This document shows, piece by piece, positions 56,306 to 64,000 of a stretch of 64,000 nt of DNA. Location: positions 163,644-227,643 of the forward strand of contig QALW01000021.1 of NCBI GenBank assembly GCA_003150515.1. Direction: 5' to 3'. Made by a program: the position numbers and the translations under genes. The number at the start of each line of letters is the position of its first letter. The first letter of the stretch is position 1. Source of the DNA: Selenomonadales bacterium (GTDB lineage: Bacteria; Bacillota; Clostridia; Christensenellales; QALW01). A model generated the notes under the pieces. The model searched no databases. It was not told the DNA's origin and saw only the letters and a program-made list of their open reading frames with translations.

Positions 56306-56346
56306 GGACAATATAAGCAAAGAGGCGTTAAATATCCGCTCCTGAT

Positions 56347-58389
56347 CTATACAAATAACAGAGCTATATGATAAACGCAGAATGTAATCAGCCACGCTAC
56401 TGCGAGCTGGAAAAAGGCCGTAAAGCCCATCCAGCCCCAGCTATTGGATTCCTTGCGGATAGCCGCCAGCGCCGCGGCGCAGGGAATATAAAGCAGGCAA
56501 AATACCATAAGGCAAAAGGCGTTGAGCGCGCCGAAGCCTATGCCCTGCAATGCGGCCGAAAACGCCGCCATGCCTTCGGGCGAGCTGGCGTTGACTATTC
56601 CAAAAAGTATCGCGCAGCTAGATACCACCACTTCTTTGGCGGATATTCCAGCTATAAGCGCCACGGCTATCTGCCAGAAGCCAAGCCCTATAGGCGCAAA
56701 AAATGGAGTAAGCCATCTGCCTATAATCGCCCCGAAGCTGCCCGTCATATCCTCGGCAAAGCCGTGCGGCCCAAAATTAAGCAGCGCCCAAATTATAATG
56801 GTAGCAAGGAAAATGGTCGTGCCCGCTTTTCCCAAATAATCCTTTACCTTTTCCCAGACGTAAATAGCCACCGTCCTGGCGTCGGGCAGCTTATATTCGG
56901 GCAGTTCTATCATCAGATAATTCAAGCTCTTCTTTCTATCCAGCAAATGCAGAACAGCCGAAACCAGAATGGCTACCAGAATGCCTATTAAATACATCGA
57001 ATACGCCGCCAGCATGGCGTTCTCATGGAAAAACATCTCCGCGAAGAGAATATATATAGTCAGCCGGGCATTGCAGCTCATAAACGGAGTAACCAGCATA
57101 ACCTTATATCTATCCCGCTTATTTTCCAGCGCACGGGAAGCCATAATGGCGGGAACAGTGCATCCGAAGCCCAGCAGCATAGGTATAAACGCCTTGCCCG
57201 AAAGCCCCAGCTTACTCATAATGCCCTCCATTACATAGGCGACGCGGGCCATATAGCCGCTGTCCTCCAAAAGCGCAAGACATAGAAAAAGTATAAGAAT
57301 ATTAGGCAGAAAAGTAATAATTGTGCCCACGCCCGCAATAATTCCGTCCACTACCAGCGAGGTTATAATTTCTCCTGCGTTGATTGCCCCAAGGCCCGTT
57401 TCAACCACGCCCGAAAGCCAGCCTATGCCTAATTCAAAAAAGCCCTTAAGCCAGTCCCCTACTGTAAAAGTAAGAAAAAAGGTAACAGCCATAATAAGCA
57501 GAAAAATAGGAATGCTCCAGATTCTGCTGGTTAAAAGCTTGTCCACGCGCTCGGTAAACATATCCTGCTTCTGTTTATGAAGCACAACCTCGTCTATTAT
57601 TTCGCTTATAAAATCATATTTCTGATTGATAATATCCGATTCATAGCTGCGGTCCAGCACCTCGGGCAGATTAACGGGATATTTCTGAGCAATCTCTTTA
57701 TCTCCCTCCAGCAGTTTCAATGCATGCCAGCGAAGATTATTTAAATCAGGATATAATTTTTGCAGTTCCGGAATTATTTTATCAATTTTATCCTCAAGCT
57801 CATCCGAATAGACCATGGCATATTCCGAATGATGATCGTGCGCGTGCTGGGAAATATCCTTATGATTATGCAGCAGGAAATCATTATTAGAGCCGTCCTT
57901 ATGATGAGCCGCGGCATGAAGCAGGGCGTCCAGCCCCCTGCGCTTGCGCGCCGAAACGGGAATAACAGGAATGCCCAGCATTTCGGGCAGACGGTGCATA
58001 TCTATTTCCATACCCCGTTTTTCCACAATATCCATCATATTGAGAGCCAGCACAACCGGCTTGCCTAATTCCAGAAGCTGCAAAGTTAAATATAAGCTCC
58101 GTTCCAAAGCGGACGCGTCCGCAACGTTGATAATAACATCCACTTCCGAGCTCAGGATAAACTGCCGGGAAACCGTCTCCTCCATAGTATAGGAGGTAAG
58201 GCTGTAAGTGCCCGGCAAATCCACCAGGCGTATATTAAGGTCATGATCCTTAATGGCCCCCTCCACCTTCTCAACGGTAACGCCAGGCCAATTGGCAACT
58301 TTCAGATTTGCTCCGGTATAAGCGTTAAAAAGGGTGGTCTTGCCGCAGTTGGGATTGCCTATAAAGCCTATAGTCATGCTACCGCTCAT
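56347..58389 (-). CDS. feoB: Ferrous iron transporter FeoB
   Basis: 680 aa. N-terminal G-domain GNPNCGKTT followed by a polytopic membrane domain. Confidence 0.95.
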   Translation of the reverse strand: MSGSMTIGFIGNPNCGKTTLFNAYTGANLKVANWPGVTVEKVEGAIKDHDLNIRLVDLPGTYSLTSYTMEETVSRQFILSSEVDVIINVADASALERSLYLTLQLLELGKPVVLALNMMDIVEKRGMEIDMHRLPEMLGIPVIPVSARKRRGLDALLHAAAHHKDGSNNDFLLHNHKDISQHAHDHHSEYAMVYSDELEDKIDKIIPELQKLYPDLNNLRWHALKLLEGDKEIAQKYPVNLPEVLDRSYESDIINQKYDFISEIIDEVVLHKQKQDMFTERVDKLLTSRIWSIPIFLLIMAVTFFLTFTVGDWLKGFFELGIGWLSGVVETGLGAINAGEIITSLVVDGIIAGVGTIITFLPNILILFLCLALLEDSGYMARVAYVMEGIMSKLGLSGKAFIPMLLGFGCTVPAIMASRALENKRDRYKVMLVTPFMSCNARLTIYILFAEMFFHENAMLAAYSMYLIGILVAILVSAVLHLLDRKKSLNYLMIELPEYKLPDARTVAIYVWEKVKDYLGKAGTTIFLATIIIWALLNFGPHGFAEDMTGSFGAIIGRWLTPFFAPIGLGFWQIAVALIAGISAKEVVVSSCAILFGIVNASSPEGMAAFSAALQGIGFGALNAFCLMVFCLLYIPCAAALAAIRKESNSWGWMGFTAFFQLAVAWLITFCVYHIALLFV

Positions 58390-58615
58390 TTTCCCCGTCT
58401 TCCTTTACCTCAATATTTTTAGTAATATTATACCCAAGCGCAAAACGGGTGCCTCTCAATTTTATAATAAGGATTCCCTTTCCCTTGCGGTTGAGAACAG
58501 AAACCGGAGTTTGGCGAGTCATGCCCAGAGCCTCCAGCCTGCGTTCCATTTCAAAAGGCAGCTTGATATTTTCCACTATATACGCGCGCCCTATTTGTGC
58601 GTCCTTTAAAAGCAT
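58379..58615 (-). CDS. feoA: FeoA family protein
   Basis: 78 aa, SH3-like FeoA sequence (LGMTRQTPVSVLNRKGKGILIIKLRGTRFALG). Overlaps the feoB start. Confidence 0.9.
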   Translation of the reverse strand: MLLKDAQIGRAYIVENIKLPFEMERRLEALGMTRQTPVSVLNRKGKGILIIKLRGTRFALGYNITKNIEVKEDGENER

Positions 58616-58687
58616 TTATACCCCTCCAAGGCCTGTTAAAATCTATTGGCTTTCATCCGAATAAGGCCGCCGCAGGCACAGCACCAT

Positions 58688-58719
58688 AAAAAAGCCCGCC
58701 GCAGCAATACGCGGCAGGC
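58688..58719 (-). terminator. Terminator after the ABC-2 operon
   Basis: Minus strand reads gcctgccgc, loop gtattgct, gcggcgggc (one mismatch), followed by T6 (the plus-strand A-run at 58688-58693). Confidence 0.6.
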
Positions 58720-58734
58720 TAATACGCAGGCGTA

Positions 58735-59559
58735 TTATTCAAGATTCAGCCTTTTAGTCATTATGCTCTTGCATATTCCGAAAGCAGCTCCGAAAATACA
58801 GATATAAAGCGCGGAATTGACAGCGGTAACAATATGATATGCTCCGCCCGCTTCCAAAGCAGGCATTCCGTTAAAGGATATGCCGGCGACTATTATATTC
58901 ACCAGGCCGGTAACCCAGGAAAGGCCCATAGTTATCGCAAAATACAGCAATATGGCTATCAGCACCTTATGCTTAGCCGCAACAGCGCTGCCTAAAGTTA
59001 TACAAAGATAAATAATCATCATATTGGAAAACACGCTGATTAACAGGCTGACCAGCAATTCGGCAACAAATAAGCCCGGCTGAATTCCTGTGACCGAAAG
59101 GATATATTCAATAGACGTCGTTATATAGGCAAAAATATTTTCTCCCGTATAATTCCCCGCCGCCTGAATTATTCCTCCGAACAGAAGTCCAAAAGAGACT
59201 ATAACGCCCGCTCCTGAAATAACCGTCCAAAAAGCTCCGGAAATCAGCTTGGCCCAAAGCTGCTGAGAAGGAGTAACGGGCAGGGTAAAGGAAAGATAGC
59301 CCTCGTCCTTATAAAGGTTGGTATAAAATCTCTGAATAATAAATACCAGCGTTAAAATGCCCACAGCCGCCAAAGCAAGAACTGTAAAAATCATGCCGCT
59401 GCTCCAAAAAAGCTGAAGCATTATATTATTGCCGCCCGAAGTCACGGCAAGCTGAAATAAAAGCAGAGTTAAAAGAGAAATGAGCATCCCGCCCAAAACA
59501 CAAAGCAGAATTTTTTTATACAGCGCTTTAAATTCATATTTAATGAGCTTGCCTAACAT
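58735..59559 (-). CDS. ABC-2-type transporter permease
   Basis: About 274 aa with six predicted TM segments. The likely start MLGKLIKYEFK (59559) overlaps the ATPase stop. The track start is 59610. Confidence 0.7.
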   Translation of the reverse strand: MLGKLIKYEFKALYKKILLCVLGGMLISLLTLLLFQLAVTSGGNNIMLQLFWSSGMIFTVLALAAVGILTLVFIIQRFYTNLYKDEGYLSFTLPVTPSQQLWAKLISGAFWTVISGAGVIVSFGLLFGGIIQAAGNYTGENIFAYITTSIEYILSVTGIQPGLFVAELLVSLLISVFSNMMIIYLCITLGSAVAAKHKVLIAILLYFAITMGLSWVTGLVNIIVAGISFNGMPALEAGGAYHIVTAVNSALYICIFGAAFGICKSIMTKRLNLE

Positions 59560-60260
59560 CTGAAAACCTCCCTGAATAATTCGTCCAGGCTCTTGCCCTG
59601 CTCGGAACATACCTGCGAAACGTTGCCCTGCATCACAAGCTGGCCGTATTTTAAAAATACAAAATCGTTCAGCACCCGTTCGATATCAGAGATTAAATGA
59701 GTGGAAATCAAAACGGTGGCTCCCTCTGAATAATTGGAGATAATTGTATCCAGAATATATTCGCGCGCCGCCGGATCCACGCCTCCAATGGGCTCGTCCA
59801 AAAGATATAATTTCGCTCTGCGCGCCATAACCATAACCAGCTGCACTTTTTCCTTAGTGCCCTTAGAGAGGGTTTTGAATTTAGCCGTTGGATTGACATT
59901 CAGCCGCTTGAGCATATCCTCCGCCTTGGCCCGGTCGAAATCCTCGTAAAAATCGCAGAAATAATTCAATATCTCCGCCACTTTCATTCCGTTATTGAAA
60001 TAAGTGCGCTCAGGCAGATAACTGACTATTTTTTTAGTCTCCACTCCCGGCTCCATGCCGTCTATAAGCAAAGAACCGCCGGCAGGCGCCAGCAGCCCCG
60101 CCGCCATTTTAATAAGAGTGGTCTTGCCGCTGCCGTTAGGCCCTAAAAGCCCTATAATCCGGCCGCTCTCCAGCGAAAGATTAAGATTGCTTACCGCCAT
60201 CAGACCGTTGAAATTCTTAGACAGATTAACGCATTCCAGAATTAACGACAATCTCTTCAA
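59553..60260 (-). CDS. ABC transporter ATP-binding protein
   Basis: 235 aa. Walker A GPNGSGKTT, signature LSKGTKEK and Walker B LYLLDEP. Confidence 0.9.
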   Translation of the reverse strand: MKRLSLILECVNLSKNFNGLMAVSNLNLSLESGRIIGLLGPNGSGKTTLIKMAAGLLAPAGGSLLIDGMEPGVETKKIVSYLPERTYFNNGMKVAEILNYFCDFYEDFDRAKAEDMLKRLNVNPTAKFKTLSKGTKEKVQLVMVMARRAKLYLLDEPIGGVDPAAREYILDTIISNYSEGATVLISTHLISDIERVLNDFVFLKYGQLVMQGNVSQVCSEQGKSLDELFREVFRC

Positions 60261-60577
60261 CTCCTTTTTTATATAATCAGCAGTTTATCTTATATTACAC
60301 TATTTTATACGCTTGTCAACTCTCAAGGCGCATTTTTTTATTTTCATCGCCGCAGGCGACATATAAAACCAGCGCTCAGAGTAAAATTAATTTATAAATA
60401 ACGCTTGCTCTTCCTCTTAATTGATGTTATTATATTTATATAAATTTACGCTTTATTCGCGCTTTTTTCTCTTGCAAAATATTCAAAAAAGGCGCGGGAC
60501 AGGCAAAAAGCATGCTTAACAGCTATTATATTAGCGTATAATAATATTGACCTCGCCCGAGGCGTTATTGTCCAATT

Positions 60578-61786
60578 TTGTTGGGGGGAATTAATTTGAC
60601 TTTGGAGCAGGCGCTGAAAACTCAAAATTTGCTTTTTGACGGCGCAATGGATTCCTATCTGCAAAAAAGCGGAATTGCTCCCGGCCTTAATACGGCCGCC
60701 TGCAATTTATCCCATCCCGAAATTATAAGAGGCGTGCACGCCGCATATATCCTCGCCGGAGCAGACATAATCACAGCCGCAAGCGAAGGAGCCGACGGCA
60801 TAACCCTTAAAGCAGAGGGCGCCGAACGTTCCAGTTATGATATATGCTGCGCAGCCGCGCAAAACGCCAAAGCCGGAGGCGGAAACGCCTTTACCCTCAT
60901 GGCCCTCGGCCCTATTGACTGCCCGGACGCTGATTTAGACGAGCTATACAACGCGTATGAGCCTCAAATAAAGGCTGCCGCAGACTGCAAGCTGGACGGC
61001 ATAATTTTGCAGGGAATGAACAATTTATTTCAAGCCCGGGCGGCCTATTTAGCGGCGCGGGATAATTGCTCTCTCCCTGTTATAGCATGCTTTGAAATGG
61101 AAAACGGCCGTCTTTTGGACGGCACCCCCGCGGCGGTGGCCGCAAGCATTTTTCAGGCGATGGGAGCGGACGCCCTGGGGCTCAACTGCTCAGAATCTCC
61201 TCTCTCCCTCTTAAGCGCTCTGCGCGATTTTAAGGACAGCTCCTCTCTGCCCATATTAATCAGGCCCAACGCTATAAAAGACGGAGCTAAAATGGAGCCC
61301 GAAGAATTCAGGGAAAGCCTCAAAGCCCTGGTAGACGCCGGAGCAGTTCATATAGGCGGCCGACGCGGCTCAACCCCCGAGCATATCCGCTCTCTTGCCT
61401 CTATAACGCCTCCCGGCAATATAAAAAACGAATTAGACCGTCCGTATATGCTGGCGGACAGCCGGAAGCTTTATCAAATCAACTATCAGCTCAATAAGCC
61501 TTTTGCTCCTTCAGCCTCTCAATCGGCCGGCCTCATATGCTCGCAGGCAATCCAAACGGCGGACAGCGGCGATTTTTATATTGATATTTCCCTGCTTGAC
61601 GAAAAAACAATTTCTCAATTAATGCCCTTATTGGAAAAACGCCTGCATAGGCCGCTGATTATAAAAGCCGCGTCTCCCGAGCAATATAAGCTCGCTCTAA
61701 AATATTACTGCGGCATAGCCGGAGTCACCGGCTGCGATTTTGAGACTTTCCACGCCCTTTCCCATTACGGCCCTGTTCTGATTTAA
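60578..61786 (+). CDS. Homocysteine S-methyltransferase-domain protein, degenerate (Cys-Cys zinc ligands replaced)
   Basis: 402 aa. It has the Hcy-binding-domain pattern LLFDGAMDSYL...GADALGLNCSESP. The usual GGCCGTTPEHI reads GGRRGSTPEHI here. The start codon is uncertain because several TTG codons are candidates. Confidence 0.6.
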   Translation: MLGGINLTLEQALKTQNLLFDGAMDSYLQKSGIAPGLNTAACNLSHPEIIRGVHAAYILAGADIITAASEGADGITLKAEGAERSSYDICCAAAQNAKAGGGNAFTLMALGPIDCPDADLDELYNAYEPQIKAAADCKLDGIILQGMNNLFQARAAYLAARDNCSLPVIACFEMENGRLLDGTPAAVAASIFQAMGADALGLNCSESPLSLLSALRDFKDSSSLPILIRPNAIKDGAKMEPEEFRESLKALVDAGAVHIGGRRGSTPEHIRSLASITPPGNIKNELDRPYMLADSRKLYQINYQLNKPFAPSASQSAGLICSQAIQTADSGDFYIDISLLDEKTISQLMPLLEKRLHRPLIIKAASPEQYKLALKYYCGIAGVTGCDFETFHALSHYGPVLI

Positions 61787-63578
61787 TCTGTCTGGGCTTT
61801 ATAAGGCATTGAGGCGCAAAACCTATTAAATCCTGACGGCCCGCAGCAATGAGGGCCTTTTTTACAAGCTCATAATTTTCAGGCTTTTTATACTGCATCA
61901 GGGCTCGCTGCATCGCTTTTTCAAGAGGCGATTTCGGGACGTATATGCTTTTCATGGTGCGCGGATCCAGCCCGGTATAGAACATGCAGGTGCTCATAGT
62001 GCCCGGCGTGGGATAAAAATCCTGCACCTGCTCGGGCATATGATTGATATCCCTCAGATATTCGGCCAGCTGGATTGCGTCTTTAAGCGTGCATCCCGGA
62101 TGAGAGGACATCAAATAAGGCACTAAATATTGCTCCTTGCCCAATTTCTCATTAATTTCATAGAATTTTTCGCGGAATTTTTCATATATTTTATGCTCCG
62201 GCTTGCCCATAGCTTCAAGCGCTCCCGGCGCCACATGCTCGGGAGCCACTTTAAGCTGCCCGCTTACATGATATTTGCATAATTCGTTCATAAAACGCGT
62301 TCCGTCCTTTTTATCCGCCAAAACATAATCAAATCTTATCCCCGAACGCACAAACACCTTTTTCACACCCGGCAGGTTTCTTAATTTACTCAATAATTCA
62401 ATATAATCAGAATGCTCCGCCTTTAGATTTTTACAGGGCGCAGGGAAAAGGCACTGCTTATGAGGACAGGGCGCGTCCTTTTCCTGCCTTGAACAGGAGG
62501 GAGAACGAAAATTCGCCGTAGGTCCGCCCACGTCGTGTATATATCCCTTAAAATCCTTATCTCCTATTATCAGCCTGGCCTCCTCAAGAATAGAAGCATG
62601 GCTGCGCGAAACCACCTTCCTGCCCTGATGAAAGGTAAGAGCGCAGAAATTGCAGCCTCCGAAACAGCCGCGGCTGCTGGTTATGCTATATTTAACCTCT
62701 TCAATAGCAGGCACTCCTCCGTCCCGCTCATACATAGGATGATACGTCCGTTCAAAGGGAAGCGCATAGGTTGAATCCATTTCTTCCCGTGAAAGCGCCT
62801 CCTGAGGCGGATTGCATACCACCCATTCTCCTCCGTGCTTTTGCACCAATCTTTTCCCCTGCGGATTCTGCTGGACATACTGCTTCATAAAAGCCGAGGC
62901 ATACGCTCTTTTATTCTCCCGCACCTCCTCAAAGCTCTCTATAATCTCATAATCATAAACATTTTCCAAACTGTCCGCAATATAAGCCGAACCGTTAATA
63001 TACGTTATATCCCTAATAGGAATGCCCGCATCCAGCGCGTCCGCCAATTCTATGATGCTTCTCTCTCCCATGCCGAAAAGCAGCAAATCCGCGCCGCTGT
63101 CCGCAAGTATGGAAGCGCGCACCTTATCCGACCAATAGTCGTAATGAGCCAGACGGCGCAGGCTCGCCTCCACTCCGCCTAAAATCACGGGGATATTTTT
63201 ATAAGCCTGCCTTATGCAGTTGGTGTAAACTATATCCGCCCTATTGGGCCTGAGCCCCGTTTTCCCTCCGGGAGAATATACGTCCCGGCTCCTGGGGCGC
63301 CTGGCGGCGGTATAAGCGTTCACCATGGAATCAATATTTCCTGACGATACCAAAAAGCCCAGCCGGGGCCTGCCGAATTCCTTAAAAGCCTTTATATTCT
63401 TCCAATCAGGCTGAGCCAGCATCCCGACCTTATATCCCCTGCTCTCCAGCATTCTGGTTATAATGGCATGGCCGAAGCTGGGATGATCCACATATGCGTC
63501 TCCGGATACGTATACAAAATCCGGCCTGTCCCAGCCTCTTAGCAGCATTTCGGATTTATTAACGGGCAAAAAGGGCAT
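61725..63578 (-). CDS. ygiQ: YgiQ family radical SAM protein (UPF0313)
   Basis: N-terminus MPFLPVNKSEMLLRGWDRPDFVYVSGDAYVDHPSFG, radical SAM cluster motif CFGGCNFC, and a Lys/Arg-rich tail. ATG at 63578 lies 9 nt after AAAGGA. The track's TTG is at 63596. Confidence 0.88.
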   Translation of the reverse strand: MPFLPVNKSEMLLRGWDRPDFVYVSGDAYVDHPSFGHAIITRMLESRGYKVGMLAQPDWKNIKAFKEFGRPRLGFLVSSGNIDSMVNAYTAARRPRSRDVYSPGGKTGLRPNRADIVYTNCIRQAYKNIPVILGGVEASLRRLAHYDYWSDKVRASILADSGADLLLFGMGERSIIELADALDAGIPIRDITYINGSAYIADSLENVYDYEIIESFEEVRENKRAYASAFMKQYVQQNPQGKRLVQKHGGEWVVCNPPQEALSREEMDSTYALPFERTYHPMYERDGGVPAIEEVKYSITSSRGCFGGCNFCALTFHQGRKVVSRSHASILEEARLIIGDKDFKGYIHDVGGPTANFRSPSCSRQEKDAPCPHKQCLFPAPCKNLKAEHSDYIELLSKLRNLPGVKKVFVRSGIRFDYVLADKKDGTRFMNELCKYHVSGQLKVAPEHVAPGALEAMGKPEHKIYEKFREKFYEINEKLGKEQYLVPYLMSSHPGCTLKDAIQLAEYLRDINHMPEQVQDFYPTPGTMSTCMFYTGLDPRTMKSIYVPKSPLEKAMQRALMQYKKPENYELVKKALIAAGRQDLIGFAPQCLIKPRQIKSEQGRNGKGRGKSQNRSR

Positions 63579-63773
63579 AAGCATACTTCCTTTCAAATCA
63601 GACGGAATTAGTATACCATTCCTGCGCCCATTAACGCAACCCTATATTCTTCCGCTTCCGCCGCCTGCCTGAAAATCCGGCGAACTTACGGCAAAAAATC
63701 TTTCAGCGCATATTAACGCGCCCGCATAAAGCAAACGGTTAGAATTTACAGCCATTTTTACTCCAGACGAAAC

Positions 63774-63806
63774 GGAAAAAGAAAGACGCGGCAAAAACGC
63801 CGCGTC
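63774..63806 (-). terminator. Terminator after the right-edge partial gene
   Basis: gacgcggc (63785-63792) pairs with gccgcgtc (63799-63806). On the minus strand this is followed by TTTCTTTTTCC. Confidence 0.6.
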
Positions 63807-63873
63807 AAAAGTTCAATTGCGAAAAGAGCCTTAAAACCGCCGTGAGCGCCCGCGCGGATATGCTCCGGGAAAA

Positions 63874-64000
63874 TTATATAACAATTTTTATATAATGAGC
63901 GGCTTTATCATCCTTAAGAACAATCTCTCCGCAGGGCTTCCCGTCCATGAGCAGGCTGTGCACTCCCGTGCTCCTGCCTTCAGGATTAAATAATTCAATC
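63874..64000 (-). CDS. C-terminal 41 codons of an unidentified protein; gene continues past the right edge
   Basis: Own minus-strand translation gives ...IELFNPEGRSTGVHSLLMDGKPCGEIVLKDDKAAHYIKIVI, with stop TAA at 63876-63874. I cannot assign a family from this fragment. Confidence 0.4.
   Translation of the reverse strand, partial: IELFNPEGRSTGVHSLLMDGKPCGEIVLKDDKAAHYIKIVI

Noticed and set aside
58616-58734. Fur box in front of feoA
   Set aside because: There is no GATAATGATAATCATTATC-like 19-mer. The short gap is mostly taken up by the upstream operon's terminator and the feoA RBS.
1-64000. tRNA, rRNA, tmRNA, RNase P, prophage, integrase/transposase, toxin-antitoxin, restriction-modification or other defence systems
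   Set aside because: No GTTCGAATC-type T-arm or cloverleaf of tRNA dimensions was found in the intergenic regions. Every ORF longer than 150 aa has a housekeeping, sporulation, transport or redox assignment. Nothing resembles recombinases or known defence genes.

Overview
This is a 64-kb chromosomal core segment from a spore-forming, strictly anaerobic Firmicute with Clostridia-type gene content and mid-range GC content. I see about 60 protein-coding genes. I found no rRNA or tRNA genes, no CRISPR array, and no transposase, integrase, phage or recognisable defence genes. Gene content from left to right:
- aconitase (partial), Ppx/GppA, and rnfCDGEAB on the minus strand
- a DUF368 membrane protein and a MATE exporter
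- hemW-lepA, a SEC-C motif protein and NADP-isocitrate dehydrogenase
- argC-argB-argD-argF plus a terminal GNAT gene
- a DUF1858 protein, then marR with two ABC exporter half-transporters; the first has an A7 homopolymer frameshift
- an FAD oxidoreductase, a ylmH-like gene, tmk, a PLP decarboxylase and pckA
- an orphan solute-binding lipoprotein, a SipL-like LysM protein and a second GNAT gene
- the complete spoIIIAA-AH operon
- an hfsABCD-type sensory [FeFe]-hydrogenase operon (2Fe-2S protein, HydS-PAS, PP2C phosphatase, second hydrogenase)
- a beta-propeller lipoprotein, mtaD-ahcY, a SleB-like cortex hydrolase and a small lipoprotein
- tyrS, yigZ and ilvE
- feoA-feoB plus an unlisted 53-aa FeoB-associated Cys-rich ORF
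- an ABC-2 transporter pair, a degenerate homocysteine-methyltransferase-like gene, ygiQ, and one partial gene at the right edge

Two kinds of intergenic structure are not explained by the genes.
1. Five intergenic clusters consist of tiled, GC-rich, almost perfectly self-complementary hairpins. Four of the units have the same architecture, a long outer stem closing exactly three short hairpins (a four-way junction). Two of those four share a conserved junction core with different but still pairing arms.
2. A MITE-like inverted-repeat family has at least four clear copies. Its terminal repeat is approximately TTAGACAATAyAATCArAGTAmAATGCG. Copies sit inside operons and against stop codons.

Both are reported as candidates for undescribed structured elements. 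Their function is inference only.
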